Source of the DNA: an uncultured Oligoflexus sp.
GTDB taxonomy: Bacteria; Bdellovibrionota_B; Oligoflexia; Oligoflexales; Oligoflexaceae
Assembly: GCA_964236955.1 (NCBI GenBank)
Contig: CAXSGP010000045.1
Location: 1-36,585 of the forward strand
DNA: 36,585 nucleotides
Direction: 5' to 3'
Both the position numbers and the translations under genes were made by a program. The notes under the pieces were generated by a model, which did not search any database, was not told the origin of the DNA, and saw only the letters and a program-made list of their open reading frames with translations. Of the stretch, positions 10,147-18,915 are shown in pieces. How positions within the stretch are numbered: the first letter of the stretch is position 1; each line of letters opens with the position of its first letter.

Positions 10147-11340
10147 ATGCTGTCAAAAATAGTTGTGGGACTTTGGACCTTGAGCCTTGTCGCCTGTGTA
10201 GCTAAAGCAACAAATATTCCCGTTCCTACTTCCGCAGACTCTGAAGCTGAGGGAAGCTGCGATAAAAAGACAAACGACTGTTCGCCCGCTGGCAGTGGTT
10301 CCCGGTCAGACGATAAACTTAATCAAGCGAATTCCGAGGATACTTCCGTCGGTGGGCTTTCTATCAATTCAGTGTCGGTTCTCAATAGCAAAGGTATTTC
10401 GCCCGTCAAGGGTGAAGATGTTTCGATAAACCTGACTCTTAAGAACGGCGAATCGTCCGGCTCCACAGTCACGTTAAGCCCTTTGCTTACCAGCAAGCGC
10501 TTCTCCGATTATGACAATATTCGTCTGACTTCACAAAAACTTGTCATTCCTCCGGGAAAATCGCAACAGCTAAGCATTTTATTGAAAGCTCTATTTCAGG
10601 AAGAAGGCACGAAAAAAGAGTATGCTCTAGGCTTGGGTCGTTATGAGCTAAGGTTTGAAATGGAACAAACTATAGATTCCAAAAAAGTCGTCACAACCAT
10701 CGATGGTTCTGAATTTGAAATTGGACCCAGCCCAACGTTTTTAACCGCCGTCTTCTATTCCTCAGACACATTCAAGGTCAACGGATTTAGCAGTGATGCC
10801 ATGGAATGGATAAAATCGGCTTTTGGACAGAAATCAGAAATTTTTACCCCTTCGGCTCCAGGGAGCACGCAAGGAACCTATAAGCTGGTTCTTGGGAATT
10901 ATGAGGATATGGCTGGAGTCAAATATATTGCAAAATCTTTTCCGGGCTTCCTCCTTAATAAAGGCGACGACGTGGGCAAGGGTGTTGCCGATTTCGGAGC
11001 TGAAACGCTGGGCCTTCCTAAACCTATGAGTTCAGATTATGCAAACCAGGATATGCATGGCTACGAAATCATTATTGCGCATACTCCCGCTCTAGAAGGT
11101 GCGACAGTGAATGGTAACGTCTTAGCCCTTGGCTATACCAAGGATTCCTTTCCCGCTAACTTTACGATGGCCATAACCGCTCTGTCGGGAATTGGTTATG
11201 ACACGCCACCACTTGGCTTTATGATGCATGCACCGGAGCAGAATGAACATTTTAGCACGGGTTATTTTGTTTGGCATTCAACGACAGTCGATTTACTGAA
11301 GTCAAGATTGCAGGAGAATCTTAATAAGTTTAATCCCTAG
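10147..11340 (+). CDS. Hypothetical lipoprotein: Ig-like beta domain plus possible degenerate metzincin-like C-terminal domain
   Basis: Lipobox SLVA-C after ATG 10147; the ORF is open from 10102. Ser-rich linker, beta-rich middle region, C-terminal GIGYD...FMM pattern. Confidence 0.75.
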   Translation: MLSKIVVGLWTLSLVACVAKATNIPVPTSADSEAEGSCDKKTNDCSPAGSGSRSDDKLNQANSEDTSVGGLSINSVSVLNSKGISPVKGEDVSINLTLKNGESSGSTVTLSPLLTSKRFSDYDNIRLTSQKLVIPPGKSQQLSILLKALFQEEGTKKEYALGLGRYELRFEMEQTIDSKKVVTTIDGSEFEIGPSPTFLTAVFYSSDTFKVNGFSSDAMEWIKSAFGQKSEIFTPSAPGSTQGTYKLVLGNYEDMAGVKYIAKSFPGFLLNKGDDVGKGVADFGAETLGLPKPMSSDYANQDMHGYEIIIAHTPALEGATVNGNVLALGYTKDSFPANFTMAITALSGIGYDTPPLGFMMHAPEQNEHFSTGYFVWHSTTVDLLKSRLQENLNKFNP

Positions 11341-11688
11341 TGGTCGATCGGGCCAGTGCAATTGATGGGGAGAAATCCTTTAGCTGGTCCGGGAATCGTC
11401 TTGATATCTATCGAACAATCGTAGAAGAATCATCAACATTCAGCTTGAGTATAACCTTGCCGGACGAAAAAGCAAAACGATCCCGGCTTTGGGATGAGCA
11501 GGAGCGTAGGAACCTGACCAATACTCAAGCTTACACTGCAGTTATTGAAAACAGATTACTCTGTGAATCCTGTTAAACCTCTGATGGCCTGTCCACCTCC
11601 TTGGATCTGTATATGAGGCGTTTCCTTGCTATTCGTTGGATCAGCTTCAAATAATAGCTTTAACGTGAACGAAAAAGGATCCCCAATG

Positions 11689-11717
11689 AAAAAAGCACTG
11701 GCCAGAGGCGCAGTGCT
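11689..11717 (-). terminator. Intrinsic terminator of the metalloprotease operon
   Basis: AGCACTG...CAGTGCT stem with inner GCC/GGC, followed by T6 on the minus strand, 27 nt after the stop at 11744. Confidence 0.7.
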
Positions 11718-11743
11718 AATTTTCGTCTTAGAACTATTTAAAA

Positions 11744-14700
11744 TTATTCGATAGTATCGTTACAACGATCCATGACCGAGCGTCCTTCGAGCTTTCTCAG
11801 GTAACGGTAGTAGTCGAACACGTAGGATGTATCGGCTTCCACTGCGTAGTCATTCGACCAGTCACTGGCGATGCTGCCAAGCATATCGAAGGTGAACGGG
11901 TTATCCGAGCTTGAGGCGATCAGATAGTTGCCTGCGAATTCAACGATTGCGACACCAGAGCTTTGGCCGAAGAACTTGGTCTTCAAAGCTGCATCGTTGA
12001 ACACTTTGACTTTGCGTTCATGAACGAGATTAACCGCTTTCAGACGGGCTGAAACTGTCTTGTTATTGGAATCGACACGAACATTGTTGTCGGGATCGAA
12101 TGCCGGGAACTCACTCAGTGAGTACGGAGCAGCGAGGTAACCCTTCATCTGCTCAGAAGAGACACACTTAAGATCGGACCGTGAACGAAGCTCGTAGTCG
12201 GAGCTGTAGATGTAGTTCATAACGGTATCAGCATACAACTGACGGCCAAAGTTGATGAAACCCTGGTAAGCGTCAGGCTGGCTAGTCAGGTTGACCTTCA
12301 AGATGTCTTCCATCACATTGGAAATACCGCGCAGACTGAGAAACGAGTAAGGAGCCGCGTAGTTTTTTACTGAGTAAGTGATCTCGGGGGCACCGAACAG
12401 GAAGTACGCAGCATAGAGTTTGTCAGCGCCGACACCGATCGTACGAAGCGAACCGTTCTTGGTGACGTCGTCCTGGAAGGGACGCTCGGCTTTCGACTGT
12501 TGAATAACCGCGTGGTAAAAGGTCGCGACCAACAATCCGGCTTGGTACTGATCGTTTTTAATGTCGCGGCGGATTTCATCACGCTTAGCTGGATCAAATG
12601 AGAACTTACTGAGTTCGGTGTCGAGGGTTGAATCAAAAGTCTGAAAAGCGAAAGGCAAGAACTTACGCAGCTGCATCATAGTGCTGAAACGGGCCGAGGA
12701 GTAGCCTTGTGATCCCCAGTAAGCACGACCGAAGCGTTTGTTGCTGGTCTCATAGCTGTCGTCATAGTTTTCGATCAGACTGAGTGCCACTTCCGAAGGA
12801 GTCGATCCCCGGTCATAGACGTTGCACATAGCGTTCAAACTTCTATGCTCGTCTGTACAGTAGAGATAGACAGTATTATTGGTCTTGGACAAATCAATTT
12901 TGCCGTCAGAGTAAGCAAACGCGAGGGCTGCTTCGTCATAGGCACCCCATGTGAAAGTCTCCTTCAGCTCGTCGGTAAGACTCAGGTAATCCATGACGGA
13001 AGCGGTAACGACCTGCGAACGCAGGGGGACGCCTTTTTTATCAAGGATCTTGTCACCATTGCGGTCGATAAGGTCTTCGTCAGCTTGGTAGTTGGCGGCA
13101 TCGACAGTACCCATAAAGTTGTGGCGAAGGTTCAGGTTGTGACCAAACTCGTGAATCGCAACGCGATAGAGAATGGCATCGATAACCTGTTGATCCGTCA
13201 TACCTTCAGTATTGCCGGCGCCAAAGCCCTGGTCAGCTTCGTCAAAGTAATGGATGGTATTTGCGTTTGCGACGTTCTTGGAAAGGCGGTTCTTTGCTTT
13301 TTCGATCTGAACGGATTCAACCTCTTTGGTCAAATCGGTCAAGTGATCGAGAGAGGAATTCACTTCGAACCTGTCTTGTTTTTGAGCCAGGTAGCGACGC
13401 TGATCCCGATCAAAGCTTTCAGGGGCCGTCGCTGTAAACGCGGCCGGGTCTGCAAGTCTTGGAGCCATAGACTTGTAGGTGTCGAGTTTTTTCAGGATAT
13501 CCCTGGCAACCTTAACTTCATCGGCTTGCCTCTCGCTGGCAAGCGAGTAAAGGCTATAGGGCGCGAAAGTATATTTTGGCAAGAGAAGATGAAAGATCTC
13601 GCCAGCATCGGTGTTGTAGGATTTTTTTCCTTCAGCGCTGATTGCAGGCTTCAGTGGGGTTGAAGTGTTGGTCCATTGCTTCGGGCCTGTGCCGGGACCA
13701 AAGATCGAAGCCATTTTCGAATAGAGGTCGCTGGTCGTCTGGTTTTTGCGCACGTCGGCCGAAGCGATGTTAGCCTTGATGCGCTCAACATAGTACTTGA
13801 GGCTTGAACTCCAGATGATGGAGTTTGATCCCAAGAGTTCGCCAGTAAAGGGGTTCGAATCGGAGGGGCCGTAGCCGAGAGGAGACTCCGAAGAAGACTC
13901 GGCAACGAACTTGATGAAACTATAGCCCAAGTCACCGAAGGCAACGCCAGGGGGTGCGTCAACGATTTTAAAGCGCATTTTGATGCCGTGTTTTTCCAGC
14001 AATTGGTTGGTTCGAGCCATGACGCCGAACTCAGGCTGGTTGTATAGCCATTTTTGATCTTCCGGGAAGCCTGGGGCAAAGTAGATGATGTGCTCTTTTT
14101 CAGAGTTCCAGCGATTCATAAGGAAAGCGTTTTCCAAACGGTTGTCGGCAGCTTTGGTTTCGACAACCGTGGTGAAGTAGCCATACTTGTCAAAGAGCGG
14201 GTCCGTATCGCCAGTGAAGCGATAAGGTTTGTAATCCGCACTACCCGTCGCCGGGATGAAGGAGTAACGCACGCGGACAGTATGAGTCGTCTGCTGCGAC
14301 ATTGAACGTTGGATGTAGCTCAGCCAGCATTCATCCTTTAGCTTGTAGGTATAGTCGACTTCGTAGTTCACGCGGGTCGCGGTAACGGATTGAGTCTCCG
14401 GGACCAGGCTTTTCGAGACGCTTTCAAAGCAGCTTTCTTTGCCCGTGGTGTCCATCAAAGTCAAAGCGGCCTGAGAGAAATCCACCTTGAAGAAACGTTT
14501 TTTATTCCATTCGAGATAGTTGTTTTCTTCCTGATGGTTCGAGACTTTACCGCCGCTCTCGCTAAGCCGGTACTCAGAATGCTCGACATCCCAGGAATAA
14601 ACAGTGCTGTCCAGGGTCTCGGCGTTTTCATCGTAGCTGTTGGCACGAATGAAGCGAAGTTTGTCTTTGGAAAATTCGAATTTTCCGGCGGTCAGGTTCG

Positions 14701-14899
14701 ATTGAAGACCGACGAAACCAAAGCCCCCGAGGGTATCGGAAGAAACAATGGTTTCCTTAACGAACCAGGTGTCAGTATTCACCAAAGCCGATTTTTCAAA
14801 ACGGTTATCGTTGATGTCAGGAACAGCCTCGGTTGGGCGGGTCTTTGCGCATGATATGGCCAAGCCGATGAGGGGCAGGCTAAGCAGTATTTTTTTCAT
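11744..14899 (-). CDS. Large zinc-dependent metalloprotease lipoprotein (metzincin, EcxA/DUF4953-like)
   Basis: HEFGHNLNLRHNF zinc motif, ASVMDY Met-turn, LGYGPSDSNPFTGE, YCTDEH...CNVYDRG. Lipobox LAIS-C. Confidence 0.9.
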   Translation of the reverse strand: MKKILLSLPLIGLAISCAKTRPTEAVPDINDNRFEKSALVNTDTWFVKETIVSSDTLGGFGFVGLQSNLTAGKFEFSKDKLRFIRANSYDENAETLDSTVYSWDVEHSEYRLSESGGKVSNHQEENNYLEWNKKRFFKVDFSQAALTLMDTTGKESCFESVSKSLVPETQSVTATRVNYEVDYTYKLKDECWLSYIQRSMSQQTTHTVRVRYSFIPATGSADYKPYRFTGDTDPLFDKYGYFTTVVETKAADNRLENAFLMNRWNSEKEHIIYFAPGFPEDQKWLYNQPEFGVMARTNQLLEKHGIKMRFKIVDAPPGVAFGDLGYSFIKFVAESSSESPLGYGPSDSNPFTGELLGSNSIIWSSSLKYYVERIKANIASADVRKNQTTSDLYSKMASIFGPGTGPKQWTNTSTPLKPAISAEGKKSYNTDAGEIFHLLLPKYTFAPYSLYSLASERQADEVKVARDILKKLDTYKSMAPRLADPAAFTATAPESFDRDQRRYLAQKQDRFEVNSSLDHLTDLTKEVESVQIEKAKNRLSKNVANANTIHYFDEADQGFGAGNTEGMTDQQVIDAILYRVAIHEFGHNLNLRHNFMGTVDAANYQADEDLIDRNGDKILDKKGVPLRSQVVTASVMDYLSLTDELKETFTWGAYDEAALAFAYSDGKIDLSKTNNTVYLYCTDEHRSLNAMCNVYDRGSTPSEVALSLIENYDDSYETSNKRFGRAYWGSQGYSSARFSTMMQLRKFLPFAFQTFDSTLDTELSKFSFDPAKRDEIRRDIKNDQYQAGLLVATFYHAVIQQSKAERPFQDDVTKNGSLRTIGVGADKLYAAYFLFGAPEITYSVKNYAAPYSFLSLRGISNVMEDILKVNLTSQPDAYQGFINFGRQLYADTVMNYIYSSDYELRSRSDLKCVSSEQMKGYLAAPYSLSEFPAFDPDNNVRVDSNNKTVSARLKAVNLVHERKVKVFNDAALKTKFFGQSSGVAIVEFAGNYLIASSSDNPFTFDMLGSIASDWSNDYAVEADTSYVFDYYRYLRKLEGRSVMDRCNDTIE

Positions 14900-14926
14900 T
14901 TCGTTTCCCTAATGTTAATCTAAAGT

Positions 14927-17224
14927 TTAGTTCGCGTTATAAACGAAGAAGCCGACCAACAGACCTTCAGTGAAGTTCAGCGTCAGAGCATGCGAACGTG
15001 CGCCTTCGGGAGCCAAATGCAGCTCGTAGGGTACGCTGTTCGCCGCATATCCCGGGGTCAGAAATTTTTTGCAGGATTTGACTTTTTCATAAACTGAATT
15101 GAAATCCTCGTTAAGCCCAAGTTCCACCCTCTTGGCAGCGCAGGTGATGGCAAATTGAGTCGTGTAAGGAAAGCCGCCAAAGCCCAGACCTTCAACCGAT
15201 AGGATCGATTTCGTTTCCGAACGGCCTTGAACGCGCTTTCCTGCAATGGAGACGCCGCGGTTCGAGATGTAGACATCCTGAGTTTTGGCAACAACCGAAG
15301 AGCCGTTTGTCAGGTTCAACACCACACGTTCGCTGTAAGCGGCAAAATCACTGACAGGCGCTTCCGCCGCGTAAGAAATCTTTGCGTAACGAAGGCTTCG
15401 GTCGAAGGGTTCAAGTTCGATTGTGCTTGCCTCGGCCATGGGCGAGGCAATATGCAGGCCATCGACTGCAAGGGGGCCATCGAGGTCGATACGGTAGCCG
15501 GCCTCAGCCTTAGCGAGAAGACGCAAAGCAAGATTGTTGTTGGCGAATTGTGGCGATACGATGGCAGAATCAAAATACAATCCTTTGCTCGACTCGGAGA
15601 AAGAAAGCGTGACTTCTTTGCCGCTTGTGAGCGTCTCGTCATACATCCCAAAGGTTTGAGAGTAAGTCGCTTTTTCTTCCAAGGAACGGAAGCCGCTCGG
15701 AGCGTAATCGAAAGTATTGGGATTTTTAGCCTTCGCTGCATTCAAAAGGGCCTTGAAGGTGGAACTGAAAATCGTTTTTCCAAAGCCAAGGCTTGGATCC
15801 GCCGAACCCATTAAAGAGCCGTCTGCTTGAGATTCAGCAGCGATCGCAACCTTTCCGTCTAAAGTTTCGATGGTAAGGGAGTGGATAAGCTCGCCTGTAT
15901 TGGCCGCGAGCCAGTCTTTGTTCTCAGATAGGACCAAAGCTTGGAAAGCACTGGTCAAGGTATAGGCGAGATCGGGAAGCAGGGGAACCTGAACACAAGC
16001 TGCAGATGCAGCCGATTCCAGCACAACGGATGGCAACCATTTCGTGGCAATGACATCGCCCGCTGGTTTCGGCGGGGCTCCAGCGGCAGCGCTGAGCCGG
16101 GTCGTGGAAAGTACGATTGCCTGAGTTTCTTCTGCAGGACTAAGAGTCCCACCTGCCTTGCACATTTGAAAGAGCAGGGCCTCGCCGCCAACGCTGAGTT
16201 GACCGGCAAAGGAAACGCCTGCCGAGATGATATTGAGTCTGTCGCTATCAACGGGAGATTTGGCTCCCTTGATCGTGACATCTCCGCGAGCGAAATTGAA
16301 GCTGAGCTCATTGCTAAGCTTTACGCCAAAGCTGTTGAGACTGCGGCCGAAATCGCGAGGCTCAACCAGAGTCTCAAGTCTTCCCGCGGCGCGGACGTCA
16401 GCCCAAGTCGCTGTTCCCGCTCTTATAGGGGCTGCCTCAGGCTTATCGAGTTGGGTGAGGGAGGAGTCGAGCAGGTCAAGACTCCAGGCACCCTGGTAGG
16501 CGCCGGCGGCAGGGGTGCGGCTTAAAACGCGGATCTCAAAGATCTTTTTTTCAGGCTTGTTAGGATCATCCTGGAATAGGATCTGAACGGTGTTGGTAAG
16601 GGCCAGGAGCCCAAGGTTGTTTCCTTTGAGAGCTTGACAGAGACCGACCGCATTGCAATCCTCAATAAGAGGGCTGGATGTCGAGTAGATCTTTTTCATA
16701 AGTCCGGCAGTACCGCCTTCAGCAGCCAGCAAAGGGGCCAGATCCGAACCGACTTTAAGGCCGAATTCCGTAATGGCGCCGAGGTAGCCGTTGCCGGCAA
16801 TGATGCTTTCGACCTTGGCCTTGGTTACGCGATCATAATAGATAAAAAATGAGCCGCCGCCGTAGACACCGATCGGACGCAGATCGCTGTCGGTGGCAAC
16901 AAAATCGGGTTGACCAAGCTTGTTTTCGATCTCGGATCGAGACATGGAGATATCGATTCCAGCCATGCCGGAACCTAAGATAACGGGTGAATAGATGGCG
17001 TCTGTGATAGTCTTACTTTCCTGCTCTGCGGTAGGCTCGACATACCAGCCATCAACCAAGCCCAAATCAGGGGCGCTGGGATCCTTGGGAACCACAGTCG
17101 GAGCGGGATCGGCATGTTTGTCGATTCTCTGGTCGGGTGGCGCTTTATACTGGTCTTGGCCTTTGGAGCAACCCATGCTGATGAGCACAAGGGCGAGCCC
17201 GCTTACAATTTTTTTCGAATTCAT
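14927..17224 (-). CDS. Hypothetical multi-domain lipoprotein with an N-terminal SmpA/OmlA/BLIP-like module
   Basis: Lipobox ISMG-C after ATG 17224, with GGAG upstream; the ORF is open to 17254. GIDISMSRSEIENKLGQPD pattern. Confidence 0.75.
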   Translation of the reverse strand: MNSKKIVSGLALVLISMGCSKGQDQYKAPPDQRIDKHADPAPTVVPKDPSAPDLGLVDGWYVEPTAEQESKTITDAIYSPVILGSGMAGIDISMSRSEIENKLGQPDFVATDSDLRPIGVYGGGSFFIYYDRVTKAKVESIIAGNGYLGAITEFGLKVGSDLAPLLAAEGGTAGLMKKIYSTSSPLIEDCNAVGLCQALKGNNLGLLALTNTVQILFQDDPNKPEKKIFEIRVLSRTPAAGAYQGAWSLDLLDSSLTQLDKPEAAPIRAGTATWADVRAAGRLETLVEPRDFGRSLNSFGVKLSNELSFNFARGDVTIKGAKSPVDSDRLNIISAGVSFAGQLSVGGEALLFQMCKAGGTLSPAEETQAIVLSTTRLSAAAGAPPKPAGDVIATKWLPSVVLESAASAACVQVPLLPDLAYTLTSAFQALVLSENKDWLAANTGELIHSLTIETLDGKVAIAAESQADGSLMGSADPSLGFGKTIFSSTFKALLNAAKAKNPNTFDYAPSGFRSLEEKATYSQTFGMYDETLTSGKEVTLSFSESSKGLYFDSAIVSPQFANNNLALRLLAKAEAGYRIDLDGPLAVDGLHIASPMAEASTIELEPFDRSLRYAKISYAAEAPVSDFAAYSERVVLNLTNGSSVVAKTQDVYISNRGVSIAGKRVQGRSETKSILSVEGLGFGGFPYTTQFAITCAAKRVELGLNEDFNSVYEKVKSCKKFLTPGYAANSVPYELHLAPEGARSHALTLNFTEGLLVGFFVYNAN

Positions 17225-17268
17225 TGGCATCTCCACAAATAATCTTGGGTCCATTTCATAGGTAAACT

Positions 17269-18210
17269 CTAAAACTCTCTCGATGCCGATACGAAGTAAC
17301 TCGTCGTTTCCACGTCGAAGAGATTCACATCGACAACCCCTAGCTGCTCAGCACGGTTGGATTCGTTATATCCAATCGCAAACTGTGTTGCCTTATTCAG
17401 CTGATAGGTCAGGCTGAGATCGAAGGAATAGTCATGATCAGGGGAATGAGAACCATAGGGAGGATCTTCATAATGCCGTTCGGTCCATTGATTGCTGCCA
17501 CTCAACGACAGGTCGCACGGTAAGGCAAGAGAAAGTTCAAACAAAAGCCCCAACCGATAAAGGACCACGGTCGAACCGCTATCATCTTTGGTCAAGGTCT
17601 TATATTGATTGATATGGTGTCGATAAAAAGGCCGAAGCAGGGCCGATACCTTGCCGAGAGTTCGGGTGCCGGTCAGGCTAAAGCCGGCGACCGTCGTTAG
17701 CTTCTGATCCTGGGAGAATTGCGAGATGGGCAGGGTGGCATCCAGGGCCGTGGATAGGCCCAAGCCTGCTGGTCCTTCCTTTTCAGAATAGATGGCATAG
17801 CTGGCGCGCAGGCTGGTGTCAGCAAGTTGAACATCGTCCTCTTTGGGATCAACTTTATAAAGCTTCGATATCCTCTGGATAGCGGCGACCGAAAGCTTCG
17901 GGTTGAACTTATAACGAGCGGTAAGGTTCAAAGTCGTTAAAGGATCGGTGTCGGCCTTTGCGCCCATGCTTTGCGTGAGATCGACCCGAAAGGATGGACC
18001 GAATTTGGCTGCATCCTCGGTAGAACTTGCATTGACAATGTCCTGATCCGATGGCGCTTCCCGTTTGCCGGGTTCAATGATAGGCGCCGGTGATTCGACA
18101 GGTGCCGGCCCAGCAGGTGGTTCAAGCGTCTGGGCATTAAGTTCTGCAAAGGACCCAAGCAAAAGGCCGATGAGCACCCCGTGTTTTGGTTTGATAGACC
18201 GCATATACAT
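17269..18210 (-). CDS. Outer-membrane beta-barrel protein
   Basis: Signal peptide, Pro-rich linker, alternating amphipathic beta strands, C-terminal Phe (YFVSASREF). AAGGA RBS. Confidence 0.75.
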   Translation of the reverse strand: MYMRSIKPKHGVLIGLLLGSFAELNAQTLEPPAGPAPVESPAPIIEPGKREAPSDQDIVNASSTEDAAKFGPSFRVDLTQSMGAKADTDPLTTLNLTARYKFNPKLSVAAIQRISKLYKVDPKEDDVQLADTSLRASYAIYSEKEGPAGLGLSTALDATLPISQFSQDQKLTTVAGFSLTGTRTLGKVSALLRPFYRHHINQYKTLTKDDSGSTVVLYRLGLLFELSLALPCDLSLSGSNQWTERHYEDPPYGSHSPDHDYSFDLSLTYQLNKATQFAIGYNESNRAEQLGVVDVNLFDVETTSYFVSASREF

Positions 18211-18726
18211 GTTCCTTAGAGTCTATGATTTGCGATGTCCCTGTCCGGTTTGACAGTTCAATCGCCTTGTTCCACCTGACGGATTGAGAGCCCAGATAAG
18301 TCCAAGACCTCTATTTGACGTGGGGCGCGCCGAGGGCAATCTAATACCTTAGCTGACTGGCCAACAACTACCAAAATCCTCCTGCCAATGCAGTATATTC
18401 TTCTAGGATTTCGCATGGGATCCTTAGTAAATTAGTCATCCTGAGCAGAATTCACAATCACGCCTACCAATTAAGTGACCAGGACTCAAACGCAAAAAGA
18501 ATCAAGCGGCGATCCTGGGAAGAGCACCCATAAGGGGGAGATAAACTGTCGCAAATGAAAAATTAATTTTACGCCGTGCAGCCTGCTCTTTTTCTCGCGG
18601 CCTGATACTTTTGTCAAGGACTTGAGAAGGCTTAGATTGTAAAAGATCAATATTTATTCGTAATCAATATCATGTATTCCCGAGGGCTGAGACCTATGGT
18701 CCTTGACTCGTGCCCACTGATTTGCT

Positions 18727-18845
18727 GCATGGATTCAGGCTTGGAAAGCGAAAGGGCATCTCTCGTCCATGCCAGGAAAAGTGCTTTGCCTTCGGACGCG
18801 AAGGCTCAGAAGAGGACGGGAATATTTCCGTCCTCATTCTCTGAG
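18727..18845. other. Cluster of inverted repeats (candidate structured RNA or terminator region)
   Basis: Stems GCATGGA/TCCATGC (18727-18772), GCCTTCG-GACG-CGAAGGC (18788-18805), GAGGACGGGA/TTCCGTCCTC (18812-18835) with outer CTCAGA/TCTGAG. Confidence 0.5.
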
Positions 18846-18915
18846 GTATTCAGATTTTATGGCGGGTGATGAGGGCTGAGAGAGCGAGGGCGAATGCAAA
18901 TAGCGTTTGAACACG

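Noticed and set aside
11340..11576. 78-aa ORF after the lipoprotein gene
   Set aside because: GTG start without a clear RBS, no motif, and it lies in a convergent gap with hairpins; I cannot support it as a gene.
12845..16525. Long + strand ORFs (272, 154, 195, 194 aa) antisense to the operon genes
   Set aside because: Shadow ORFs expected from the biased codon usage of the real minus-strand genes; no motifs.
18211..18670. Cobalamin or other known riboswitch upstream of the barrel operon
   Set aside because: No B12-box or other riboswitch consensus found by eye on the minus strand; a cmscan run would be decisive.
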